Positions 20,773-29,788 of a stretch of 64,000 nt of DNA are shown piece after piece. A program made the position numbers and the translations under genes. The notes under the pieces are model-generated. The model did no database searches. It was given only the letters and a program-made list of their open reading frames with translations, and was not told where the DNA came from. The stretch spans positions 3,008,001 to 3,072,000 of the forward strand of contig CBDCTK010000002.1 in assembly GCA_965222225.1 (NCBI GenBank), given 5' to 3'. This DNA is from Candidatus Poribacteria bacterium. Its GTDB lineage: Bacteria; Poribacteria; WGA-4E; JAJDTR01. The first letter of the stretch is position 1. Each line of letters begins with the position of its first letter.

Positions 20773-21101
20773 GCATGTGTCTCACAGCGTTAACCAAGCG
20801 CCTTATCGCTATAGTCAATTCAACTGAAAATTATACATATAGGATTTACGCAGTTTGGTTTAGAGTGGCGATCAAGGGAGCGAATAGCGAAGGTGATAGT
20901 CTTTGCGTTCGCTGGCAACCGTGCGAAGGAAGCGGCATAGCTATAGCGCGCCCTATCCGATCGCGTGATCGTTCCATATCGCGGAGTAGAGCGAAAGCAT
21001 GCTTGAATTTGGATGGAATGGACGGAAAATCGAGGTGTTTTTCTATTGTCCCTTATCATCGCTAGTCTACGCGCGCCCCTGCATTTCAAGTAATTGAGCG
21101 T

Positions 21102-22001
21102 CTATCGTGTTTTTATATTGCCCCACAGTGTAGTTATCATACCGTGAGAGCCGACAGCGAGTGAGCCACCGGGTACGAGGTGGTAGCCGTTTTCGGAGGA
21201 ATCGCGGTATATCGTCGCGCCGGGGCCCTCGGCGAAGCGCCAGAGCGCTATGGTGCTGTCGTCACGTCGAAAGTGGCGGGGCGGGCGGCTTTGTTCCCTA
21301 TTTCGTCCGTACCGCAATCCGCGGGATACGTGTACTTCGTCGATGTAACCCTCCATGTTCTCAAAGAGATGCCCCCACTCACCCGAGGGCATCTGGATAT
21401 ACATAAACCCTCCGACCAAGAATGGCGTGTCTACACGCGCGATTGCGTCGGCAGTGCCGGAGGTTGCAAACAATCGCTTGTCGAAAAACCAATTGTTTCT
21501 AAATTCGGTTGCCGGATGTATCCAACTGCGGCGTGGAAAAACGTCGCGTTCGATTCGGCGGCGGGCGATACCCCATGCGCGCCGGCGCGGGTCATCATGC
21601 TGTAACTCTCTCCGGAACTCCACCCAGACCGTGCCGTTCGGCCAGTCCATATCCCCATCATTTGTGCGCACCCGCCCTTTGAGAGTGAAAAAATAGCTGC
21701 CCGGTTTGCCGAGTACGAACCAGTAGGCCCCCTCCTCGCCATCGTGATCGCCGGGATGATTATCGAAGTAGACCCATGCCTCGATAGTTAGACCGTCCGG
21801 TTCGAAATCGTCGAACACACCCGGGTAATCGGCGTAGAGATAGCCGCTTGGCTTTGCCTCGAAAACATCGGGCGGGATATGGTAGGGCACAGCATGCGCG
21901 TAACTGGCGAACCACATTATACTTATTAAATAAACTTTTAGACCCCGTTTGAATAATAGGCGCGAATGGCACTTTTTGGCATTTGAGAAGGAATTTGTCA
22001 T
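21102..22001 (-). CDS. Secreted LamG-like jellyroll protein with C-terminal AV...T.WG.IK tail
   Basis: LTIEAWV, GYIDEVHVS, TIALWRFAEG..DSSENG; likely start ATG 22001. Confidence 0.75.
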   Translation of the reverse strand: MTNSFSNAKKCHSRLLFKRGLKVYLISIMWFASYAHAVPYHIPPDVFEAKPSGYLYADYPGVFDDFEPDGLTIEAWVYFDNHPGDHDGEEGAYWFVLGKPGSYFFTLKGRVRTNDGDMDWPNGTVWVEFRRELQHDDPRRRAWGIARRRIERDVFPRRSWIHPATEFRNNWFFDKRLFATSGTADAIARVDTPFLVGGFMYIQMPSGEWGHLFENMEGYIDEVHVSRGLRYGRNREQSRPPRHFRRDDSTIALWRFAEGPGATIYRDSSENGYHLVPGGSLAVGSHGMITTLWGNIKTR

Positions 22002-22012
22002 GTTTTTGCCTT
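21941..22012. mobile_element. Partial IS5-type MITE overlapping the 5' end of the LamG gene
   Basis: GACCCCGTTTGAATAATAGG...GCATTTGAGAAGGA...CATGTTT aligns with 22943-23013. Confidence 0.65.
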
Positions 22013-22091
22013 TTGAACGGTTTCGGGGCAAATGGTTCTATTTCTTTAGGCTAATGTAACACAAAATTTTAGATTGATAACTTGAGAGTAT

Positions 22092-22394
22092 TCACACAAA
22101 GATAGATAAGGCAACCTGCTGATACCGACGGAAGACCTCTGGGTCGCTCAAAGCAGTCCATAACTTCATGGCATTGTCCACCATCTCAAGTTTCTTGGAT
22201 ACTATTTTGGTACGGCGTGTGAATCGTCCAAGATGATGGCGTGTATTGCTGTTATCACGTTCGACTGTCGCTGTCCCTGATTTCCCGATGTGATGACGCT
22301 CCGCAGGAAGTACTTTGGCAAACGCTTCCCAATTGTCAGTGTAATACTGGCAATCGCTTAGGCGTTTTTTGCGGGAACAGAGACAAGGCAGCAA
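22092..22394 (-). pseudogene. IS1-family transposase C-terminal fragment
   Basis: YYTDNW.AF...H..GK..T..VER.N...RH.L.RF.R.T...SK pattern; N-terminus missing. Confidence 0.8.
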
Positions 22395-22571
22395 GTGTGG
22401 ACGCGGGGCGCGTGCATTGGACCGCCTTGAGCGTTCGCTTAGTCGTTTGGGTGGTCATGGTAGTCAAAGGAAATAGCCGGAGATCGGCGGTGCAGTTTCC
22501 ACGGTGATCGGAAAAGTTGTGAAGCTGTGCCGGCAGCGCGGGTATGTGTAGAGTTATCGGACATTATTTGG

Positions 22572-23117
22572 TTAAAACTTGTGCGACACCCACCTCAGGA
22601 CTTTCCCGCCGGAATGCCAATCCACCGCTACATGTACCAGACCGTCGGTGCGCGGTGCCTCCACCTCAAGAAACAACGTGGTAGCGTCGTCCATGTACCA
22701 TTTATGTATAAGCCACTGCGCATTTGGCTGGTTCGTCACACGAATGTTGCAGGGCGGCTCGTCAAACATTATCACAATTACCGTATGACCTAGCGGAATA
22801 CGGCCGGTGGGCGGATATACCCCCTGCATATTAGCGATCGGCATACCCAAGCAGCGTTCGGCGTCCGTAACTTCTTTAGCCGGCTCGGATTCGCTGCAAC
22901 CCAAGCTGGCTAAAGTAGCGAGAACGATGAGCCCAGCCTTAAGAACCTGTTTGAAAAATAGGTGCCAATGGCACTTTTGGGCATTTGAGAAGGACTTTTT
23001 CATGTTTCTGCCTTGACTGGTTGTACACCTTCTGCCCCTCTGGGGCTTGAAAAAAGCTGGTACAGGGATTGCGAAGAGAAACCGACTTTTCAAACAAGCT
23101 CTTACACTTTCAGGCAC
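22572..23117 (-). CDS. Hypothetical lipoprotein with in-frame MITE in its signal region
   Basis: Lipobox LASLGC; possible starts GTG 23117 or ATG 23003. Confidence 0.65.
   Translation of the reverse strand: MPESVRACLKSRFLFAIPVPAFFKPQRGRRCTTSQGRNMKKSFSNAQKCHWHLFFKQVLKAGLIVLATLASLGCSESEPAKEVTDAERCLGMPIANMQGVYPPTGRIPLGHTVIVIMFDEPPCNIRVTNQPNAQWLIHKWYMDDATTLFLEVEAPRTDGLVHVAVDWHSGGKVLRWVSHKF
22943..23101. mobile_element. 159 bp IS5-type MITE
   Basis: Terminal inverted repeats GAACCTGTTTGAAAA / TTTTCAAACAAGCTC resemble the ends of the IS5 at 29789-30737. Confidence 0.8.
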
Positions 23118-23187
23118 GGATACTGTAACTATGGCGTTCTCTCATCAGAACCTATTGCCATCAGGATAATTGCGTTAGAGGAACTAC

Positions 23188-23203
23188 AGCAAGTTATGTG
23201 CCA
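23188..23203 (-). promoter_or_regulatory. sigma-54 promoter for the lipoprotein gene
   Basis: Minus strand TGGCACATAACTTGCT, one base different from the 3688-3703 site. Confidence 0.8.
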
Positions 23204-23652
23204 CTATCTATTACGCGCCAAAATTTCAGCTCATCATATGTGGTTGTCCCAATCCCTAGGTTGCCCTGACTCGGCACCATCCCACAACTTGCATCAAACT
23301 GGCCCCCGATATGTCATGGTGTTTCGCGGTTTCGTATCCAACAAGTGAACGCCAATGTTCATTTTTTGTGCAAGAGGGGCAGTGGCAGTTCTCGCAAACT
23401 GTGCCTGTGTCCTACAATTCTGGTAGAGCACCAGTGCTGTCCCACCCTCCTGTTGGTAATACCATTTCTTAAAATGATAGGGCATCAATGATGTGATTTT
23501 CGGAGAAAAGCTATCGCCCCGGGATTTCTATCGCACTCGTTATCCACTCGTTTGATCGCTATTCGCTCAGTTGATTCCACGCTGGGGCTTTGGTGTAGGG
23601 TGGCTTGGTGTTGCTATACACCTGTCCCGCCGTTCTGGTACTCTCAAAGGCT

Positions 23653-23673
23653 GGTGCGCAGTGCGCACCCTAC
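23653..23673 (+). repeat. GTAG-type REP hairpin family GGTG(C/G)GCAGTGC(G/C)CACCCTAC
   Basis: Copies at 5134-5154, 23653-23673, ~41409, 47362-47382, 47534-47554, 50747-50767, 58023-58043. Confidence 0.85.
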
Positions 23674-23722
23674 AAGAAATGGTGGGCGATGCCCGCCCTA
23701 CAAATGTACAAAGTCGAGCTTA

Positions 23723-23783
23723 GAGCTTGTTTGAAAAAAGGTGACAAAGCTATTCTTGGTACAATGACTTTTCAAACAGGTTC
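23723..23783. mobile_element. 61 bp IS5-type MITE with TTA target duplication
   Basis: TTA-GAGCTTGTTTGAAAA...TTTTCAAACAGGTTC-TTA. Confidence 0.8.
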
Positions 23784-23788
23784 TTAAT

Positions 23789-26062
23789 CTAGTCGACCGA
23801 GATTCGTTCGCTTGAATGCACGAAAAGCACCTCATTGGCTCCGACGTAAGATTGCAGCGCTTGAACTGCCAAATCGGATTCAAGATCGTCCATAGTCAAA
23901 CCGGCGAGAACCAAGTCTGCTTGTGAAGAGCGCTGCGATACCTCTTCTTCTAACGCCTCCCGGCTGTTGCAGGACACGAAGGTCACGTTCTGTCTGGAGA
24001 TGGGAAGCCGCCCTTCCTTCATGAATTTCGCCAGTCGGTCCTCTTCGCTGCCCGTGGGCCCCGGGTCAAAACAGCCAAAGAGCTGGATGTCCGCGCGTTT
24101 CCACTCCGGATGTCCAACGATGATGTAGGCGAACAGCAACATCATCGGTGCGTTCGACAAGTTGTCTTCGGTCACCCAGACATGAATCGTCGACCGGTAG
24201 CCGAAGCGGTAATTGGTCGACCGCAAGACGAGTACGTTGAACATCAGGCTTGCGGCAAGACGCGCACCTTGGCTAATCTCGTTTATCTCGTCAGGTTTCT
24301 CTTCGTCGAACTCGAGCAAAACGCAATTGTTCGGCAAGCCGGAAATCCCGGGCGTCTGCAGGCATTGCGCCATAGCTTGTGTGTACGACGGACTTATGAG
24401 AGAGTCTACAAATATCCCCGCTCGACTCAACTCGCTGCGTTGCACCAAGCTGTCCACGCGGATGCGCGCCTCAATCTCGTCAAGGTAGGAATAATCACCT
24501 TGGAAAAACTGGATAAAATGACCGAATCCATGCCGATGGCAGATCCAACGAAGCAGATCGAAATGCCCGAGCCGACGCTCGCCGAAGCGCGTTAGCGCCA
24601 CAATAGAGGGACGCCAGCCGCTTTCGGACAGATTGGCTCGGCTTTTTTGCAGGATAATCTGTAGGCGACGTGTTAGCTGAAACATAGATCCTTGGAAAAT
24701 CGCGCTCAAACCCCGTTGCTCGCGTCGAGTGCGCCGCAGTCCGAAGTAGGTTGCCACCATTAGAAAAATGGAGATGAAGGAGTACAGCATACTCATCTGA
24801 ATCATCATGATTGCGCACATCACGGCGCCCGCCAGCGACACGTACCAACGCGAATGAAACGTCGGGCGATAGGATGGATTCCCCGCAAAATACTCAAGGA
24901 AGGAGACCACACAAAGAGCGCCGTAGGTTACCATGAAGAACATGCTGAGAATCTGCGCAATAAAGTCGATACTGCCAACCGCCACGAATACAATCGCAAT
25001 TATGCCCGACACACAGGTCGCGTAAACCGGCTCCTGCGTCTTGCCCCACCCTTTCTCCAGCAGACGATTTACCTTAGGAATAGGCAGCACATTGTCGCGG
25101 GCGAGCGCTTGCAGCGTTCTGGGCGCCACCAAAAGGGAACCGAGCGCCGAGGATAGAGCGGCAGCGCCCAATCCGATGTATATTGCAGGCCCCCACAGCG
25201 CGATGTCCGCCATGATGAACTGGTCCGCGGCTAGCGCCTCCGGACTGGCGCTCTGCGCCAGTTTAATAACCACCAGCACATATATCACCATGCCTGCAAG
25301 CGTCGCCCCGATGGTGCCAAGTGGTATACTGCGCCTGGGGTTCTTCAAATCGCCGGATAACCCAAGTCCGGCTATCATGCCCGTGAACGCCGGAAAACAG
25401 GTGGCGAAAACCATTCCGAAGCTGTCACCATCATCAATACGCGCAGTGATGTTTAACCCGTCCGGCTGTATCGATTCATTGCCTCCACCGAGCAAGAAAA
25501 GAGTTATTGACACTGCCAGGATGGCGGCAACGCCCCACAGCGCCCGCACGCCCAAGTCGGCTCCCTTTGTCAACATCAGCGCAATGAGCAGCGCTGTGCA
25601 AGGAACACTCAACCAGCGGGGATCAGGATTCAACATGTAAGTAGAGGGAACCCACTCATACACCGGCTTGAAGGCTTCCGCGAACGCGACCATATAAAAG
25701 GCGATCGAGATTGCCTGAGATAGATAAAGTGCGATCCCAATCGATCCCCCGATACTCGTGCCGAAGGACCTGCTGACTATGTAATACGCGCCGCCGCCCG
25801 CCACGCGGCGGTTGGTTGCAATCTCGGAAACCGCCAGCACCGTCGGAATCGTCACAAGATGTCCAAGTAGGATTATCATGAGGCTGCCCCAAAGCCCAAC
25901 ATGTGCGACGGCGTAACCGAATCGCAAGAACAGAATTGCGCCCAGTATGGTGCTGACGGATGCGAGAAAGACCGGCGCCGTCCCAAAACCGTGACCTGAT
26001 TGGGAATGTGCGGAAACACCAGGTGGTTCTGTCCCGGATTGGTTTCCTGCTTTTGAGAACAT
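23789..26062 (-). CDS. APC-superfamily permease, cation-chloride cotransporter (SLC12-like) type
   Basis: ILGAILFLR, GGGAYYIVSRSFG, FPAFTG..AG...SGDLKNP..SIP.GT, APRTLQALARD, WRP cytoplasmic domain. Confidence 0.88.
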   Translation of the reverse strand: MFSKAGNQSGTEPPGVSAHSQSGHGFGTAPVFLASVSTILGAILFLRFGYAVAHVGLWGSLMIILLGHLVTIPTVLAVSEIATNRRVAGGGAYYIVSRSFGTSIGGSIGIALYLSQAISIAFYMVAFAEAFKPVYEWVPSTYMLNPDPRWLSVPCTALLIALMLTKGADLGVRALWGVAAILAVSITLFLLGGGNESIQPDGLNITARIDDGDSFGMVFATCFPAFTGMIAGLGLSGDLKNPRRSIPLGTIGATLAGMVIYVLVVIKLAQSASPEALAADQFIMADIALWGPAIYIGLGAAALSSALGSLLVAPRTLQALARDNVLPIPKVNRLLEKGWGKTQEPVYATCVSGIIAIVFVAVGSIDFIAQILSMFFMVTYGALCVVSFLEYFAGNPSYRPTFHSRWYVSLAGAVMCAIMMIQMSMLYSFISIFLMVATYFGLRRTRREQRGLSAIFQGSMFQLTRRLQIILQKSRANLSESGWRPSIVALTRFGERRLGHFDLLRWICHRHGFGHFIQFFQGDYSYLDEIEARIRVDSLVQRSELSRAGIFVDSLISPSYTQAMAQCLQTPGISGLPNNCVLLEFDEEKPDEINEISQGARLAASLMFNVLVLRSTNYRFGYRSTIHVWVTEDNLSNAPMMLLFAYIIVGHPEWKRADIQLFGCFDPGPTGSEEDRLAKFMKEGRLPISRQNVTFVSCNSREALEEEVSQRSSQADLVLAGLTMDDLESDLAVQALQSYVGANEVLFVHSSERISVD

Positions 26063-26200
26063 GCTAGATTCTCCCTTGGATTTCAAGTATTTGAAGGTGT
26101 GGGATACTACAAAAGATATAGCTCGATGGGATTTGTGCAGCCTCCCCGCAACATAGAGCCGGTGGTCAGTCGAGGCGCCACCGGCAGTTTGATTCGCTGC

Positions 26201-27118
26201 TTAGTTAGATTGAATCTCGTCGGACATCGGTGGTAAGGAAGCGGTATTGGAAAGTCTATATTCTATAGCGGCGTGAGGGTAAGCAAAGCCAATTCGAGGG
26301 TTATTGGAAAATTCCTCCATTACCTTGGCAACGATACGAGTCGAAATCCTCTGTCGATCTACGGCAATCGATCGGTAGCGCAGACGCATCATGATTCCCG
26401 AGTCGAAGAATTCGGCGCGCACCTCCGGCTCTAGACCGGTATCTTGGATAATCTCCGACGTCACCTCTCTGGCGCAGGAAATCAGTGTCTGCTCGGCGAG
26501 TTTATAATCCGAATCGTAGGAGAGGCGCACCGGCACCTCGTCCAAGATGTATTTTGCCTCTTCGGACACGGCGTAATTGATTACCAACTGGTCGAAGAGT
26601 ATCGCATTAGGGATAAGTATGCCCCGATTGGACGATTCTTCGCCACCTATTGTGCCTCCGACTTCGCCCAGAAGAATGTGGGTGGGAGAGATTTCCAGAA
26701 CATCGCCCCTTACGCCTTGAATGATAATGCGGTCACCAATCATGAAAGGGCGCTTTATCATTACCATCAACCAAGCCGCCACGCCAGTGACCGGACGCTG
26801 CAGCGACCAACCCAGAATCATGCTGATAAAAGCAACGGTTAAGCCCATGGTGGCAAGAGAACCCGATAGACTCACAATGACGAAAACAATGCCTACCAGC
26901 ATGAACGAATATCGCCACATCGACAAGAATTGCCGTACCTGCGCTTCGGCGCGATTCTGCCTTTGCATCGCGGAGACAATCAGGCCCTTAGACACCTTAA
27001 AGACGATCAGCAATCCCACCAAAATCAGTATTGCATAGATGAAACCAATTAGCGCCTCTCCCAGTACCGAGGCCAATGATTCGTTAAATTCCGTCCACAA
27101 ATTGTTCAATAACTTCAT
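26201..27118 (-). CDS. MscS-family mechanosensitive channel
   Basis: LGWSLQRP, RPFMIGDRI, IPN, FAYPH motifs; three N-terminal TM segments. Confidence 0.88.
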   Translation of the reverse strand: MKLLNNLWTEFNESLASVLGEALIGFIYAILILVGLLIVFKVSKGLIVSAMQRQNRAEAQVRQFLSMWRYSFMLVGIVFVIVSLSGSLATMGLTVAFISMILGWSLQRPVTGVAAWLMVMIKRPFMIGDRIIIQGVRGDVLEISPTHILLGEVGGTIGGEESSNRGILIPNAILFDQLVINYAVSEEAKYILDEVPVRLSYDSDYKLAEQTLISCAREVTSEIIQDTGLEPEVRAEFFDSGIMMRLRYRSIAVDRQRISTRIVAKVMEEFSNNPRIGFAYPHAAIEYRLSNTASLPPMSDEIQSN

Positions 27119-27434
27119 TTTTTCCTCCCGAGTATCCTTCTGTTATAGTCATTTACATTCATATTTCCACATATTGTCGATTGTATGTTAACCCAAGTTG
27201 CCAGTAGTAGGCATACTCCGCATGCCGTGCCTCTTGAGTAAGTAGGGAACGCAGATCTGCGTTCCCTACAATCTGAAGTACGTAAGTCCTAAGTCATTTA
27301 CATTCATGTTCCAACATTATGTGTAATTCTTAGGTCGACTTTGTACATTTGAGCGAGACGACAAAAACCAAGCTCGTTGATTAAACCGAAATAATCTCTG
27401 CTAGAACCACGACACGCGATTGTGCCTGTTTCGT

Positions 27435-27997
27435 CTAGATGTCTTCTCTTCTCACATCGTTAATCACACGCAGAAAAACAGGCGCAAAGAATTCCCTTTG
27501 TTTCTGAATTAGCTGAGCGACATCCACGCTCTTGAAGGCAGCGGATTTCCCTTTCACATGGATTGTTCCCAACTCAAATCCGTTATTACTTATACTATCT
27601 TGCTTGATAAAGTGAATTGCCCCCGATTTTCCGCCGACGTGATGTGACGGACGTCCAATTGCCTGGTTACGGCATTTCCGAATCTTTGCCGGCCATGGGT
27701 CATCGGGAAATCTTATTTCGACCGTTCTGGCGAAGAGTGTGACCGCATCCTGTTGCATCACCAAGGCTTGCAGCGTGCCGTAAATGTGCATGTATTTGCT
27801 TCCGACATCCAAATCATTTATGTCTGCCGTCAAATAGGTTTCCACGCAACGATCCGTATCCCTAATCACATCTAAACAGTAGTACAAAATCTGGTTTTTA
27901 TGGGATTTCTGAAGATGTGCCTGAAAATAGCGGGGGACTTGCCGATTCTACCGAGTATATATCGTACTTGATTGGTAAGAGGTTCTAGCTTTCCCAT
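27435..27997 (-). pseudogene. Hypothetical protein, frameshifted near 27895-27900, possibly HEPN-like
   Basis: AGGAG RBS plus ATG 27997 frame joins ORF 27435-27887 if one A is added to an A run; IR..RNQAIGRP resembles a degenerate R-x4-6-H motif. Confidence 0.5.
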
Positions 27998-28369
27998 CCC
28001 AATCTCCTATACGCAATTGCGACGTAGGACGTAGCTAGTGACTTTACTGTGTTTCTCATGTATTTATTATCGCCCGCACTATATTTTCGAAGAGTTCATT
28101 TCCAATCTACAAGGGCGAGCCAAGTCTACAAGACATCAATGAAGCGCACGATGCCTAAAACCACTTCTCTTTGGTTCCGTGGAGGATACACTATAACACT
28201 TCTACACCAGATTTTCAACGATTAGCCTTTCTGTAGTTCGGTTTGTCACCAAACTATTCGATTATCAAATCAACGGCGATTCAAGGGAGATTAAGCGAGT
28301 GGATATGAGTAGGATTTTCTATCGCCTTCGCTACCAAGATTTCTATGGCGTGGGATTCACTATCGCACT

Positions 28370-28408
28370 GGGATTTCTATCGCCCTCGTTATTCGCTCGG
28401 TTGATCCC
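28370..28408 (+). repeat. Representative of an abundant 37-39 bp element GGGATYTCTATCGCNCTCNTTATYCRNTCGNTTGATCCC
   Basis: Full copies e.g. 12228-12266, 23521-23557, 28370-28408, 47761-47800, 55819-55855; dozens of nested or partial copies. Confidence 0.9.
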
Positions 28409-28516
28409 TCACTAGATTTCAGAATCCCTTTCCTGCCCCAGTTGTCGCTCGTCACTCGTCGTTCATCACCTCCACGAGGACGCTTCCAACGCGGCAGTCC
28501 AATTCGGAAAAATCAT

Positions 28517-28546
28517 TTGACAATCCACAAATGGAGCATGTATAAT
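28517..28546 (+). promoter_or_regulatory. sigma-70 promoter of tRNA operon
   Basis: TTGACA-18 bp-TATAAT, 14 bp before tRNA-Thr. Confidence 0.8.
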
Positions 28547-28560
28547 TCACCGCTGCATGT

Positions 28561-28635
28561 GCTGGTGTGGCTCAATGGTAGAGCAGGTGATTTGTAATCA
28601 CCAGGTTGGAGGTTCGATTCCTCTCGCCAGCTCCA
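28561..28635 (+). tRNA. tRNA-Thr(TGT)
   Basis: Cloverleaf GCTGGTG/CGCCAGC, anticodon loop TTTGTAA, GTTCGA, encoded CCA. Confidence 0.96.
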
Positions 28636-28647
28636 TACCCACAGCAC

Positions 28648-28730
28648 GGGGAGGTACTCAAGCGGTCAACGAGGGCAGACTGTAAATCTGTTGGCTATTG
28701 CCTACGGAGGTTCGAATCCTCCCCTCCCCA
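28648..28730 (+). tRNA. tRNA-Tyr(GTA)
   Basis: GGGGAGG/CCTCCCC stem, CTGTAAA loop, long variable arm. Confidence 0.96.
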
Positions 28731-28758
28731 TCCTTCCTCCATTCATACTCGACAGCGT

Positions 28759-28831
28759 GCGGGAGTAGCTCAGTTGGTAGAGCATTGGCCTTCCAAGCCG
28801 ATTGTCGCGGGTTCAAGTCCCGTCTCCCGCT
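28759..28831 (+). tRNA. tRNA-Gly(TCC)
   Basis: GCGGGAG/CTCCCGC stem, CTTCCAA loop. Confidence 0.96.
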
Positions 28832-28928
28832 TCGCCGCGCAACTACTCGGATCCTAGGTTCCGAGTCAAGATTAATCTCCTAGAAGTGGTCACAAAGCTG
28901 TCGTTAGGTGTATAACAAACAACTCGTC

Positions 28929-29019
28929 GGAGAGATGCAGGAGTTGGTTGAACTGGCATGATTGGAAATCATGTGTGCAGGCAACTGTACCGTGGGTTCG
29001 AATCCCACTCTCTCCGCCA
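28929..29019 (+). tRNA. tRNA-Ser(GGA)
   Basis: GGAGAGA/TCTCTCC stem, TTGGAAA loop, long variable arm, GCCA end. Confidence 0.96.
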
Positions 29020-29373
29020 AATTTCACTTTCAGAAGAATTGGAAGGTTGCGCCTCGCGGCGAAGCCGCTCGGCGCGCCATTTTGCCGAGAGAACAAAAGG
29101 ATTTTTCAAACTGATTGCGAGCGTGCGCTCGCCAATGCGGGGGTTCGAACCAATCTTTTTCAGGAAATCCCGACATTGCTCGGGATTTCCTCGCAAAGCG
29201 ATATTTTCGGCTTGGTTGGCCTCTTTTATGAATCGGATCAAACGTTCGAACCGATTATCGCTCTTTCGCTCAAAAGCGGCTAATTTTTCGCGAAGTTCCT
29301 TTTTGCGATTGATGAGCTTATGTTTCTTGTTGGCGTATTCCTCTTGCGAAATCTGATTATCCAATACCATCAC
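28969..29373 (-). pseudogene. C-terminal remnant of a large serine recombinase reading into the tRNA-Ser 3' end
   Basis: ISQEEY..KK..L coiled coil, FLKKIGSN, ends WRREWDSNPR (antisense of tRNA T arm); catalytic domain absent. Confidence 0.65.
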
Positions 29374-29452
29374 GAATCAGAACCCAACCATTGAGACGCT
29401 CACCAAAATTGCGCAAGTGTTTGATGTGAGCGTTGATGATTTACTGCAATAA
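29372..29452 (+). pseudogene. XRE-type HTH C-terminal fragment
   Basis: NQNPTIETLTKIAQVFDVSVDDLLQ*. Confidence 0.7.
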
Positions 29453-29454
29453 TT

Positions 29455-29545
29455 ATGGTGAAAAATGATTACAAAAACTGGAGCAAAGACGACCTCGTAA
29501 AAGAGATTGATCGCCTGCGAAAGCGTAAGAAATACGGGCTTGTCA
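29455..29545 (+). pseudogene. N-terminal fragment resembling a type III R-M (Mod) methyltransferase
   Basis: MVKNDYKNWSKDDLVKEIDRLRKRKKYGLV, truncated at the KKYGLV(W) motif. Confidence 0.5.
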
Positions 29546-29788
29546 AGGAAGTACGCAGAAAGGCGCGAAGAATTAATGGGTTGGAATCATTTGCCAGACA
29601 CGGACTTCATTGATAAAGTCCAGAAGTTTGAGAAAGAGAGAAAAGACGAAAATCCTATCTTCGTATACACAATCGGTACGAAGAAGAATCGCACTCGCTT
29701 TGAGAAGGTTAAAGGTTGGGTCTTGGCAAACATCAAATTAGATTCTCTGTATACCTGCGGAATCAATTCAGAAATCAATTCTCACTTA

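Noticed and set aside
28606-29283. ORFs overlapping the tRNA cluster
   Set aside because: Spurious translations of tRNA genes; only the 28969-29373 remnant was kept.
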